DNA of 62,927 bases, the filler included, from Octopus bimaculoides (Eukaryota), in NCBI RefSeq assembly GCF_001194135.2. It is 4 parts of 4 records of this genome, joined end to end, with 100 filler letters (N's around TTAATTAATTAA, not from the genome) between each part and the next. Parts side by side here need not be neighbours in the genome. Positions count along the whole stretch, not along the records: positions 31,127 to 48,477 come from NC_068994.1; positions 48,578 to 52,620 come from NC_069000.1; 2 more parts are not named here. One strand, 5' to 3'. The notes beneath the pieces are model-generated. The model saw only the letters and a list, made by a program, of their open reading frames with translations, did not search any database and was not told the origin of the DNA. Of this stretch, positions 37,427 to 48,945 are shown piece after piece (position 1 is the stretch's first letter; each line of letters opens with the position of its first letter). The translations under genes and the position numbers were made by a program.

Positions 37427-38644
37427 AAGTAATGTTGCTGAATATCTCACGTTGTGAGATTAAAAAAAAGAAAAATAGTAATTTTCTAACACTAAAATAT
37501 GTTAATACAGTTAAAAATTTTAGCTTTGTTTTCAACACTAAAATTACTTTCACCAACAAGAGCTATTTTTCTTGTTTATATGTCTCCTATACACATAATG
37601 TCTCATATTATTGAAGAAACGAAAATATGTGGGGGTGGGGGTTGTCCACAAATATACGAAATTACGTTTCTGTGCAAGGTAATGAATAGATGAATGTGAA
37701 ATGTATATTTGGATGTTTTTTTCTTTTCCAGCAACTAACCAAATCTTGAGGTACTGTTGACTGTACATACCACAATGTGTTTGGGAATTATTTTGCTTAT
37801 ATTTTGTCAAATTGTTTCCTTACTCAAGTTTTTTGATTAGTAATGATAAAATATTGAAAGCAAGGCAAATTATCGCTGTGTTGGCTAAAGCTTACAAAAA
37901 CTTGTTTATAGTATGTCATTATGCCTTCTTCCCCAATATACATAACGAACATTTGATGTGTGTTTTACATTAGTTAATGACCGTGTGACCCTCAAGAAAC
38001 ACTAGAAATTCTCATAGAAAGATGAAAGTAATATTAAACTTTCATCCACCTGTCAGCTGTTAGCAGTGAGTGGGTGACAACAAAACCATAGTGATGGTGA
38101 ATCACCCTGGTGGCCAATCACCGCAACATAAAATATAGCCATAAATGTGAGCTTTACAACCTGTATGGCAATTCTCTTGACCAAGATATAAAACAGCTAT
38201 ACAGTTGATCTGAAAGAATATTGGGTTCTTTATTTATATTTTTTCTAACTAAATTAGGTCAGGCTAGACAAAGGATTTTCCATCACTTATCTATCCTGAC
38301 TCAAGTTTGACTCGGAATAGTCACTTAGGCAATAAAACTGATCTATACATAATAGATGACCCTCATAAATTTTTAACTGTAAAAGCAGAGAACACAGGAA
38401 AGAAACTGGTAGATTTGGTTTCAAATCCTGGCTGAGAATCTATGAAGCTGTTCGTTACAAATATACTGTACATTGACAAATTTGAAGTACCAGGCAGTGC
38501 CTGCACTGATAAAACGGTATCACGAACGGTGCTTATTTACTTTTCCGATGTCTGTGTATATGAAACCACTTCAAATAAGTTTATTCTTCTCAATCCCTCT
38601 GCATTTCAACCCACGGACATATATATATGAGTGTGTGTGTGTTT

Positions 38645-38850
38645 GTTCCCATCATCACGACCGCTTGACAACTGGTGGTGATGTGTTTAGATCCCCCTAC
38701 ACTTAGCGGTTCGGCACAAATGACGGATAGGACAAGTACCAAATCTCTTAAAAATTAAGTACTGGGTCGATGCATTCGATTAAAAATTCTTCAAGGCAGG
38801 GGCCCAGCATGGTCGTAGTCTAATGTCTGAAACAAGTAAAAGATAAAAGA
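38645..38850 (+). mobile_element. SINE family A, 3' part
   Basis: cgcttgacaactggtgg...cttagcggttcggc...cagcatggtcgtagtc...gaaacaagtaaaagataaaag. Confidence 0.8.
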
Positions 38851-39711
38851 TATAGATATATACATAAATGATATATANNNNNNNNNNNNNNNNNNNNNNN
38901 NNNNNNNNNNNNNNNNNNNNNNNNNNNNNNNNNNNNNNNNNNNNNNNNNNNNNNNNNNNNNNNNNNNNNNNNNNNNNNNNNNNNNNNNNNNNNNNNNNNN
39001 NNNNNNNNNNNNNNNNNNNNNNNNNNNNNNNNNNNNNNNNNNNNNNNNNNNNNNNNNNNNNNNNNNNNNNNNNNNNNNNNNNNNNNNNNNNNNNNNNNNN
39101 NNNNNNNNNNNNNNNNNNNNNNNNNNNNNNNNNNNNNNNNNNNNNNNNNNNNNNNNNNNNNNNNNNNNNNNNNNNNNNNNNNNNNNNNNNNNNNNNNNNN
39201 NNNNNNNNNNNNNNNNNNNNNNNNNNNNNNNNNNNNNNNNNNNNNNNNNNNNNNNNNNNNNNNNNNNNNNNNNNNNNNNNNNNNNNNNNNNNNNNNNNNN
39301 NNNNNNNNNNNNNNNNNNNNNNNNNNNNNNNNNNNNNNNNNNNNNNNNNNNNNNNNNNNNNNNNNNNNNNNNNNNNNNNNNNNNNNNNNNNNNNNNNNNN
39401 NNNNNNNNNNNNNNNNNNNNNNNNNNNNNNNNNNNNNNNNNNNNNNNNNNNNNNNNNNNNNNNNNNNNNNNNNNNNNNNNNNNNNNNNNNNNNNNNNNNN
39501 NNNNNNNNNNNNNNNNNNNNNNNNNNNNNNNNNNNNNNNNNNNNNNNNNNNNNNNNNNNNNNNNNNNNNNNNNNNNNNNNNNNNNNNNNNNNNNNNNNNN
39601 NNNNNNNNNNNNNNNNNNNNNNNNNNNNNNNNNNNNNNNNNNNNNNNNNNNNNNNNNNNNNNNNNNNNNNNNNNNNNNNNNNNNNNNNNNNNNNNNNNNN
39701 NNNNNNNNNNN

Positions 39712-39744
<33 letters not shown>

Positions 39745-40414
39745 GCATTTACTTGGGACATTCGCTTTGTTTCCTGTTGACAAAGCAAACTGGAAATCAC
39801 AAATGGCAATTGGATGTTAAAAAAAGTATTGATAAAAAAATAAATTTAATAAAAAACAGAAAAAGATATTGCCTAGATGTATTTAGTTCTGAAAGAAATT
39901 GAAGGTTGCTATTTATTCTTCTTTCGTTCTTTTCTTTCTTTCTTTTTTTTTGTTTTTTTTTTTAAACCGAGGGAATAACATCACCAATAAAATGAACGAG
40001 TAAATTATCAAGAGGATATTATCAAAGAGAATATAGATGTATTATATACATTGGCAGATTGGATATATTTGAGGAAAGAGAAAGGAAGTCAGGCACAAAT
40101 ATATTGAGTATCAAAGATGAACAAACAAGCAATAAAACGATGTTTTATTGTCGCAGTTAAAACAGTGCAGCAAAAAAAATAAGAGAGGAAAATAAATAAG
40201 AAATAAAGCAGAAAAGGATATTTGGTGCGCTTGGCTTGATATATCACCAAATGGCTAGATTCCGTTAGGAGAACAAAGTTCTTCTGTTGCAACATTAAAT
40301 GTTTTCCTGATATAAAATTCAAAGTTGTGAATTAGTCAGTTCTTCCTGGTGGAATCGTTTGTACGTCGGATAGAAATGCTTAGAGGCATTTCGTCTGGAT
40401 CTTTATGTTCCTAG

Positions 40415-40800
40415 CTCAAATACCACTGAGGTCAACTTCATCTTTTGCGTTCATCTTTTTTTGGAAGTCGTTAAAGTACCATTTGAACACTAGATTCGAT
40501 GTAATCGATTTAACCCCCACCTTCAAATTGCTGGCTTTGTGCCAAACTTTGAAGCCTTTATCATACTTATTATTTGTGTTGCTGAAAGCAGCGAGCAGGC
40601 AGAATCGTAAGCACGCCGGGCAAAATGGTTAGTGGTATTGCGTTCGTCTTTACGTTCTTAGTTCATATTCCACTGCAGTCGATTTTGCCTTTCATCCTTT
40701 CGGGGTCATTAAAATAAGTATCAGTTGAGCACTGAGGACGATGTAATCGACTAGCTCCTTCCCCAAAAATTTCAGGCCTTGTGCTTATAACAGAAAGGAT
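40415..40800 (+). mobile_element. Two adjacent family B SINE copies (decayed 40415-40555; fuller 40585-40800)
   Basis: Head gcagcgagcaggcagaatcg and core gcctttcatcctttcggggtc...aaaataagtatcag. Confidence 0.75.
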
Positions 40801-41088
40801 TACCAGTATTGTTGTTGGTGGTGACGGCGGTTTATTTCCAAGTGCTACTTGTACTTGCGGCAGTATTCACCCGGGGTAAGTTCAGCCGGCTCCGATCAAC
40901 GAATAGTTCATGTCCGCAGTTTCTGTGGGAATACAAATTCACATGTGGTCCTCGCTCACATCTATGTACACTTTGGGATAATGTGACCCGTATCAGCATA
41001 TTTTGCCATTGATTGTCGACTGTCGCAGAGGATTCGCTAACCAAGTCACCACCTGGGTTTAGTTTCAGGTCGGCCGCGATAGAATATA

Positions 41089-41349
41089 AAAAAATAAATA
41101 AATGCGCCCTTTTAAAGCCTAGCCAGGCTCAAGGGCCCGGTTTCCCGGTTTCAATGGCGTATGCGTTCCCCAGCTGGACGGGACGCCAGTCCATCGCAGC
41201 GTTACTCATTTTTGCCAGCTGAGTGGACTGGAGCAACGTGGAATGAAGTGTTTTGCTCAAGAACACAACGCGTCGCCCGCTTCAGGTATCGAAACCACAA
41301 TCTTACGATCATGATGCTGACACTCTAACCACTAAGCCACGGGCCTCCA
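41089..41349 (-). mobile_element. Full-length tRNA-derived SINE family E with a target-site duplication
   Basis: A-box tggcttagtgg, B-box ggtttcgatacc and an AT-rich tail. Direct repeat cgcgatagaatata at 41075-41088 and 41350-41363. Confidence 0.9.
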
Positions 41350-41414
41350 CGCGATAGAATATATCTAAGGCTAAATGTGTTACAGCTAGAGCAAACCATC
41401 ATGTCTGTTCACGC

Positions 41415-41557
41415 TACAGTCGTGGCCAAAACTTTGGAACACAGATCTGAAAATTTGAATTTTTATATTTGATGCCCGAAGTTATATTTAATTTGCAATA
41501 TATTATTACTTGGCCGAAAGTTTGGAACATAGATCTGAAAATTAGAATCTTTATATT
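41415..41557 (+). mobile_element. Tc1-like left terminal repeat with an internal direct repeat
   Basis: TA followed by CAGTCGTGGCCAAAACTTTGGAACAC, a typical Tc1 terminus. tggcc..tttggaaca.agatctgaaaatt.gaat.tttatatt occurs at about 41423-41469 and 41511-41557. Confidence 0.65.
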
Positions 41558-41567
41558 AAATTCCCAA

Positions 41568-41675
41568 ATATCATGTTGAAAGCACCGGTTCTCGTCCGAT
41601 CACCGAAGTTAAGCAACATCGAGCCTAGTTAGTACTTAGATGGGTGACCGCTTGGGAAACCTAGGTGCTGTAAGC
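41568..41675 (+). pseudogene. 5S: 5S rRNA pseudogene lacking about 10 nt at the 5' end
   Basis: atatcatgttgaaagcaccggttctcgtccgatcaccgaagttaagcaacatcgagcctagttagtacttagatgggtgaccgcttgggaaacctaggtgctgtaagc is a recognisable invertebrate 5S sequence with box A and box C. Confidence 0.92.
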
Positions 41676-41834
41676 GGCTGTGTGGTAAGTAGCTTGCTTA
41701 CCAACCACATGGTTCTGGGTTCAGTCCCACTGCGTGGCACCTTGGGCAAATGTCTTCTACTATAGCCTCGGCCCGACCAAAGCCTTGTGAGTGGATTTGG
41801 TAGACGGAAACTGAAAGAAGCCCGTCGTATATAT
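41676..41834 (+). mobile_element. SINE family A 5' part fused directly to the 5S 3' end
   Basis: ggctgtgtggtaagtagcttgcttaccaaccacatggttctgggttcagtccc matches 32416 onward but lacks about the first 11 nt. Confidence 0.85.
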
Positions 41835-42670
41835 NNNNNNNNNNNNNNNNNNNNNNNNNNNNNNNNNNNNNNNNNNNNNNNNNNNNNNNNNNNNNNNNNN
41901 NNNNNNNNNNNNNNNNNNNNNNNNNNNNNNNNNNNNNNNNNNNNNNNNNNNNNNNNNNNNNNNNNNNNNNNNNNNNNNNNNNNNNNNNNNNNNNNNNNNN
42001 NNNNNNNNNNNNNNNNNNNNNNNNNNNNNNNNNNNNNNNNNNNNNNNNNNNNNNNNNNNNNNNNNNNNNNNNNNNNNNNNNNNNNNNNNNNNNNNNNNNN
42101 NNNNNNNNNNNNNNNNNNNNNNNNNNNNNNNNNNNNNNNNNNNNNNNNNNNNNNNNNNNNNNNNNNNNNNNNNNNNNNNNNNNNNNNNNNNNNNNNNNNN
42201 NNNNNNNNNNNNNNNNNNNNNNNNNNNNNNNNNNNNNNNNNNNNNNNNNNNNNNNNNNNNNNNNNNNNNNNNNNNNNNNNNNNNNNNNNNNNNNNNNNNN
42301 NNNNNNNNNNNNNNNNNNNNNNNNNNNNNNNNNNNNNNNNNNNNNNNNNNNNNNNNNNNNNNNNNNNNNNNNNNNNNNNNNNNNNNNNNNNNNNNNNNNN
42401 NNNNNNNNNNNNNNNNNNNNNNNNNNNNNNNNNNNNNNNNNNNNNNNNNNNNNNNNNNNNNNNNNNNNNNNNNNNNNNNNNNNNNNNNNNNNNNNNNNNN
42501 NNNNNNNNNNNNNNNNNNNNNNNNNNNNNNNNNNNNNNNNNNNNNNNNNNNNNNNNNNNNNNNNNNNNNNNNNNNNNNNNNNNNNNNNNNNNNNNNNNNN
42601 NNNNNNNNNNNNNNNNNNNNNNNNNNNNNNNNNNNNNNNNNNNNNNNNNNNNNNNNNNNNNNNNNNNNNN

Positions 42671-43005
42671 GATACAGCTTGACACCAGTGATGGTTGCAA
42701 CTCATTTCTACAGCTGAGTGAGCTGGAGCAACGTGAAATAAAGTGTCTTGCTCAAGAAGACAATGAGTTCGGTTCCCTGATCTGGGAATCGAACTCATTA
42801 CTTCATGATTTTAAGTCCAATGCTCTAACCACTCAACCATGCACCTATGCTTCGCACTGCTTCTGTTTACCAGATTTCACTCAATGTATTATTAATCGAT
42901 TTGAGGATATATTGAAGACTCTTGCCAATGTGACACGCAGTGGGATCGATCTCAGAACCACATGGTTACGAAGCCAACATTTTAACCATACAGCCATACC
43001 TGAGC
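42671..43005 (-). mobile_element. Family E SINE fragment (42671-42845) and family A head (42923-43005)
   Basis: ctggagcaacgtgaaataaagtgtcttgctcaag and gcagtgggatcgatctcagaaccacatgg...aaccatacagccatacctg. Confidence 0.75.
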
Positions 43006-43224
43006 CTATATTACTGATATGGCGTTTAAGAATCCACAGCTCAATGGTGTAGCTACTATACTTTGTTGTAGAGGACTGGGGATTTAAGTCTAGTCATATG
43101 ACCTTTCCTCTGATGATAAAATAAAAATACAATACAACATATTAAGATTTGTTAAAGCCTCACCATTATCGAAGACATTACAGGTAGATTGGCTTGCTGT
43201 TTTATGCTCGGAATAAATAATATT

Positions 43225-43486
43225 TTGTTGTATTTGGGGATGGTCATGTTGCCAATTTAGCCATTTGATCAGACAAAATGGCTGATCGTTAGTAAGGAGG
43301 GACACACAAATAAGAAAGAAGAAAGCAAAGGACCACTGATGAGGTCACAGAAGTGTGACGAAAGAACTCTGGCTGAAATACGATTAATGTAATGTAAAAT
43401 AAAGCTGAAGCAAATTAACAACAAATATATAGTGCGTGTGTTTTTATTGGCTAAACTAGCAACATGACCATCCCCAAATACAACAA
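43225..43486 (+). mobile_element. Penelope-like pseudo-LTR relic with a 39-bp inverted end
   Basis: 43225-43263 is inverted at 43448-43486. The interval encloses a hammerhead motif followed by AATAAA near 43399. Confidence 0.6.
43333..43372 (+). ncRNA. Minimal type I hammerhead ribozyme motif
   Basis: CCA-CUGAUGA-G-GUCACA(GAAG)UGUGAC-GAAA-G-AA-CUC/UGG. Core intact, 6-bp helix II, 2-bp helix III, 3-bp helix I. Confidence 0.62.
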
Positions 43487-44082
43487 TATCTGTTTCAACA
43501 CATGATTTCACATCAAGAATCTTGCAAAACGAATTTATAAATGTAAAATAATATTTTGTTTCATTGAAATATAAATATAAATTCAAGAAATATTGAGCAA
43601 AAGAGGGCGAAATAATACTGAAATAAGAGAGACATATGAGTATAAGTTTTTAGCTGTTTTTATTTGTATATACAAAATTATATACAGCAGATCACAGACA
43701 GGAAATTTCGACAATTAAACAATGTCTGTGTATACAAAATTTTTAGTGAATTTAACATTTTCGTAATTGCGATGTCTTTGAGATCTTCGTGGACACGCTC
43801 TTCATTATGACAAACTGTTCAATAATGAAATTAACCTTAAAGTGGCTGTAAGGAAACAAACATTCAAGTACTTTGTGATATGATTGAATAGAGGAAACTG
43901 AAGTTGACAGTGTCTGTGAGTCGTTTAGGTTAGTTGAATATTGTGTGAAAGGTCGAAGCAAAAAACAGTAATAGATAGATAGATACATGTTATTTCTTAA
44001 TGTCTTAACAACCGTGTCTTTCATGACTCACAGAAATACACTCACATTTACGCGTGTGTCTGTTTGTCTTTATACATACATA

Positions 44083-44145
<63 letters not shown>

Positions 44146-44584
44146 CGTGAGTTGGGTGGTGTATTGGATGAAACTCAAGGTAAAAACAGTATTAGAACGC
44201 TGTCACTGCATTGCTGCTTATCTTCGTGAAATTACACGTTCTTCGGAAGAAACTAAAGTGAACAGTGCCAATGAGTCGTCCAGGTTACATACATACATAC
44301 ATATTGAAGAAGGGAAAGAGAATGAGACAGACTTCACAAAAATTATAATAATGATTCTGACTTCGATTTCACTCCATACTTAAGTTTGATTACTTCTTGA
44401 CGTAGGGTGAAATATAACATGTGACAACTCTCAAGATAGAAGCGATGAAAAATGGCTAACAAGGAATATAGCTTCCCAAGATGTTGTCTCCTACATCTGT
44501 GCATTCAATACTAAATCATCCCTAAATTTCAAGCTTATATGTAAATATAAATACGCCCGCACCGCGTGTGCATGTACATGCATG

Positions 44585-44765
44585 CATACATACACACGTA
44601 CATACCTATTGGGGCATTGGGATATGTAATACAATGCCTAAATACCAACCTTGAGAAATTAGGTTTATCAAAATCAGAAAGGAGAAAGCTGCTTCGAAGA
44701 CTACAGATCCAAGCCATCACTGGAACTGTAAAAATCTGTAAAACTTTCCAAAAGTTTATCATGTA
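44585..44765 (+). mobile_element. REL LINE C-terminal fragment (CATA-associated family)
   Basis: IPIGALGYV...LQIQAITGTVKICKTFQKFIM*, preceded by CATA-like repeats. Confidence 0.8.
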
Positions 44766-45611
44766 AGTATATATGTAATGATATAAAAAAGTTGTTGCTA
44801 TAACGGCATGTTGTAGGATGTGAAAGATGAACAATGCATGAAGTTTTAAAGAAAGTATTTATTTACCGTTACGTTACAATACCTTGCCTCGACGGGCAGG
44901 TGATGATATTGTAAAGCATGCGAAGTAAAGATAGATGTGTAGTTTGTGTTTGCGTCCTCTTCATTGTTTAGTAGTAATTAAAGAGAGAGATAGAATGATG
45001 TTGTAAGAGAACAGAATTAGAGCTAGTGAGAGTATGTGACAAAGGCTCGCATAGTCACTGATAGTAAACTTCATTTCTTCCTCTGACCAAGGTTTCCGTG
45101 GTCCGTTCACTAACTTATGTTAGCTCTCTCTATCTCTCTCTCAGCTCACGAGTCATCACCAAGTGACTTATCTTTTTGCTTGGGGTTTATGCTTTTATAA
45201 CTCTCCAGAAAGATAGACATATCGTTGAGAACAATGGGCTTCGTTAGTGGTACTGTGATATCTCTATTCTAGCTTTTGGTGAAATAGAAGAGGTTATAAG
45301 GGTCAAATAGTGAAGACATTATTTCGGCCCAGCTAAAGGCAATCTGGCAAATGTAAAACTGCTGTCAGAGAAAAACCACTGTTCCACCGTGAGAAAAGTT
45401 CTGTTGAACTGTTAATTTAAATTTGGCTATGGTGGATCGAATCCACTTCATGCTTGCAAGATTCACTACATATATGTGCATGTCTAGACATACAACAATA
45501 TGCATGAGAGAATACATGCATAAAATAAAACATGTAAATCTGCACATATCCATCCATCCATCCATCCATTCATCCATCCATCTATACATTTGTACATACG
45601 TATATACACAC

Positions 45612-45735
45612 ATGCAAAAATACCCTGTTGATGTTGAGATTCCAATGAAGGAGCCTTGGATCTAAGTTAGAAACCGGCTCTTTCTCTATTGGTAAGAAAT
45701 CTTGAAATAAAACTGAATAAAGACATACATACGTG
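45612..45735 (+). mobile_element. 3' UTR terminus of the CATA-associated REL LINE
   Basis: aaaaataccctgttgatgttgag...aaataaaactgaataaagacatacatac. Confidence 0.75.
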
Positions 45736-45792
45736 CATACATACGTATGTATGTATATGTATCTGTTTGCCAAATCCTCTAATAAGGCGAAG

Positions 45793-45901
45793 GCATTGGT
45801 CGGACCAGGACTCTAGTAGAAGACACTCAATATACTGCTCAGTGGGAACCACATGGCTGTAAAGTGATCTCCTAAATCACTCAGCCACACAGGTGCAGAC
45901 C
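45793..45901 (-). mobile_element. Decayed family A SINE head
   Basis: tagtagaagacac...gggaaccacatgg...cagccacac. Confidence 0.55.
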
Positions 45902-46560
45902 TGTGTATATTTATATAAAACGATATAGACACGTATAGAAATAGACAGTTAGGTAAATGTATGGATATAATATACATGATCACATTGATATACGGACAGA
46001 TAAAGAGACAGAATATAAAGGAAAGAACAGCAGATAAAGAGGGAGAAAGACTTTTGGCTCGAAGACAGTTGCAGACAGATACATTATGAGCTGAATTAAC
46101 CATTAAGCAAAATAAACACATGCTGAAAGCATCAAGGAAAGTGGGGTGTGGGGAGCACCACAGAAATGGTAAATGGTTTACGGTACAAAAGAGGTCACTT
46201 TAAAGTTGCTAAAATAATATGCGGATTGCCATATCTCTACTTAGTATAGAGGCAGACGTGTTACGTAAGATAAAGTTTGAGGTTCTGATCAAAGACTAGG
46301 AATTTAAAAAATAGGAGAAATCTTTCTAAATATGAATAAAGTGGAAGTGTATAAAATTAAGCATTATTTCCCATCTTATTGTTACTTTTGTTTCATTTTG
46401 TAAACTAAAAAATTATTTTATGGTTTATTATTGTTTATATTTTGAATTACATTGGGGAACACCAACATCTTTTAAGTGTTTAAGGGTCCTAATCTGGCCC
46501 GAGATACATTTATAGAGAAGTAGATGGACCTATATAACTGTAGATGAGTGTGTGGGCTCT

Positions 46561-47240
46561 AATGTATGTATGTATGTATGTATGTATGTATGTATGTATG
46601 TATGTATGTATGTATGTATGTATGTGTGTATGTATGTATGTATGTATGTACGTATGTATGTATTTATTTATGTATGTATGTATGTCATTATTCAGTTTTA
46701 CTTCAAGATTTTTTTGTCGATAGAGAAAAAGCCGGTTTCTAACGTAGATCCAAGGCTGCTCCATTAGAATTTCAACAACATCAACAGGGATTTTTGTGTG
46801 TATGTATGTATGCATGTATGTATGTATGTATGTATGTATGTATGTATGTATGTATGAATGTATGTATGTACGTATGTGCGTATGTATGTATGTATGTATG
46901 TTTATTACTGAATGAGAGAGCAGTGCATGCCATCAAAGTGACATTGGAGTAAAATATACGAAACCCAGTATACCCATCATGACTACCCGTCTGATAAGAG
47001 TATAAGCATGTATGTATGTATGTATGTATGTATGTATGTATGTATGTATGTATGAGTCCAGATTTGTATGTATTGTTTGATGTTTGTATTCTCAGGCATA
47101 TAGTTGCATGTCTAGACATGCTCATATATACTTCAATGATAAACTTCTGGAAAGTTTTACAGACTTTTACACAGTTCCAGTGATGGCTTGTATGTATGTA
47201 TGTATGTATGTATGTATGTATGTATGTATGTATGTATGTA
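46561..47240 (-). mobile_element. (TATG)n field carrying 3'-end pieces of the CATA family (46688-46800, 47090-47190) and a TAA-family terminus (46905-47000)
   Basis: Matches to 780-1010, 45612-45735 and 12250-12330. Confidence 0.75.
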
Positions 47241-48353
47241 TGTATCTATCTATCTATCTGTTTATCTGTTTCGGTACCAAAATCACTACATAAAAAAATG
47301 TTGCCCGTCAAACCAAAAAGATCCTTTCTATCTATTTGCATACCATATGGACTCTTTGAAAATTCAGCTTCTAAATACTTACTTTGAAATTTTCTTCTAT
47401 CTCTCCCTTCTAACAAATAATATTCTTTTGACAGACGTGCTTTTCCCCTGCATACATCCAAATGTCTCCTTAACAGTTCATATTAAGATCTTTACTTATT
47501 TTGTTACGCTAACGATTTTACAGTTCTAAAGATTTTACACAAGATTATTTTTAAAATTGTTTTAGTTATTTCTCCTAAACTGCTTGGCTAAAACTTCTCA
47601 CCTTCATTTTACATTCAACTTAACTTTATCTAATGGCATGGAGGACGCATATTGTTTACTCAAAATAAAGGAAACAGTTTCAAAAATCCACCCCGGGTCC
47701 TGTGTGTAAAGTCGCTTTAAATACTACATTCTTTAATGCACTAAAAAGACTTTTTTTCTTTTGATATTCGCTACTAAAATTGAGTGCGTCTAATGTTTGT
47801 ACATCTTTTATGCTATCAAATACAGTACACCTTTATATAAACACAGGTTAAAAGGATGTTGGTGAGAGATGGAAGGAATTTATAAAAAGAAAAATATACG
47901 AGGGGGTGCTGAAAAGTTCCTGGCGTTGGGTAAAAGAAATCACAGGAGGATCAGTTAATTTTGATTTCATTCAGTATATTCCACTCTCAGATTCACATGC
48001 TTATAGGTCCTTCAGTTTTTCTAAGCCCTGTAAAAGAACTCGGTCTTTCGTGATACCCTTAAAACCAGGAATTTTACAGCGTCTCCTTGTATATTTCTTA
48101 TAAATTCCTTTTACCTTTCACTAACATTCTTTTGACCTAACTTTATTTTTCCTATCAACAATGATTTTTCACAAACGTTTTTATGAATGTTTTATATTAT
48201 TTTACCATTTTCTACTAAAATATACGTAGTTTCACCGACTCTCATTCTCTCTTTGTCTCTTCTTCTTCTTCCTCTTCTCTCGATTGTCTTCTCCTCTCTA
48301 ACAGTCAATCTCATGGCCTCGTTGTTCCTTTTCATTAACATTATTCTATGCAT

Positions 48354-48477
48354 AAAGGCGGCGAGCTGGCAGAAACGTTAGCACGCCGAGCGAAATGCTT
48401 AGCGGTATTTCGTCTGCCGCTACGTTCTGAGTTCAAATTTCACCGTGGTCGACTTTGCCTTTCATCCTTTCAGGATC
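48354..48477 (+). mobile_element. tRNA-derived SINE family B, 5' part, truncated by a gap
   Basis: aaaggcggcgagctggcagaaacgttagcacgccg...gttctgagttcaaatt...ggtcgactttgcctttcatcc. Confidence 0.85.
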
Positions 48478-48891
48478 NNNNNNNNNNNNNNNNNNNNNNN
48501 NNNNNNNNNNNNNNNNNNNNNTTAATTAATTAANNNNNNNNNNNNNNNNNNNNNNNNNNNNNNNNNNNNNNNNNNNNTACATACATCTATAAATTTTTTA
48601 TATATATTTTTTATATACATCTATACATATATGCATAAATATATACATAATACATATACGTATACATACATATACACACATACATACATATGATAGATAT
48701 ATCTATCTATATATATACATATATATATTATGTATATATATAATAATACACCTTATACGTCAACGTCAATACACGTATATACACTCTCATACTGATACAT
48801 GCATATATGCATGTATATTCACACACACAAACATATATATATATATATGCAATTGTATGAATGTATATGTATATATACATATATGCAGATA

Positions 48892-48945
<54 letters not shown>

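Noticed and set aside
32509-42798. Long ORFs in the supplied track (e.g. 653, 628, 421 and 366 aa)
   Set aside because: They are open only because they run through N gaps and microsatellites.
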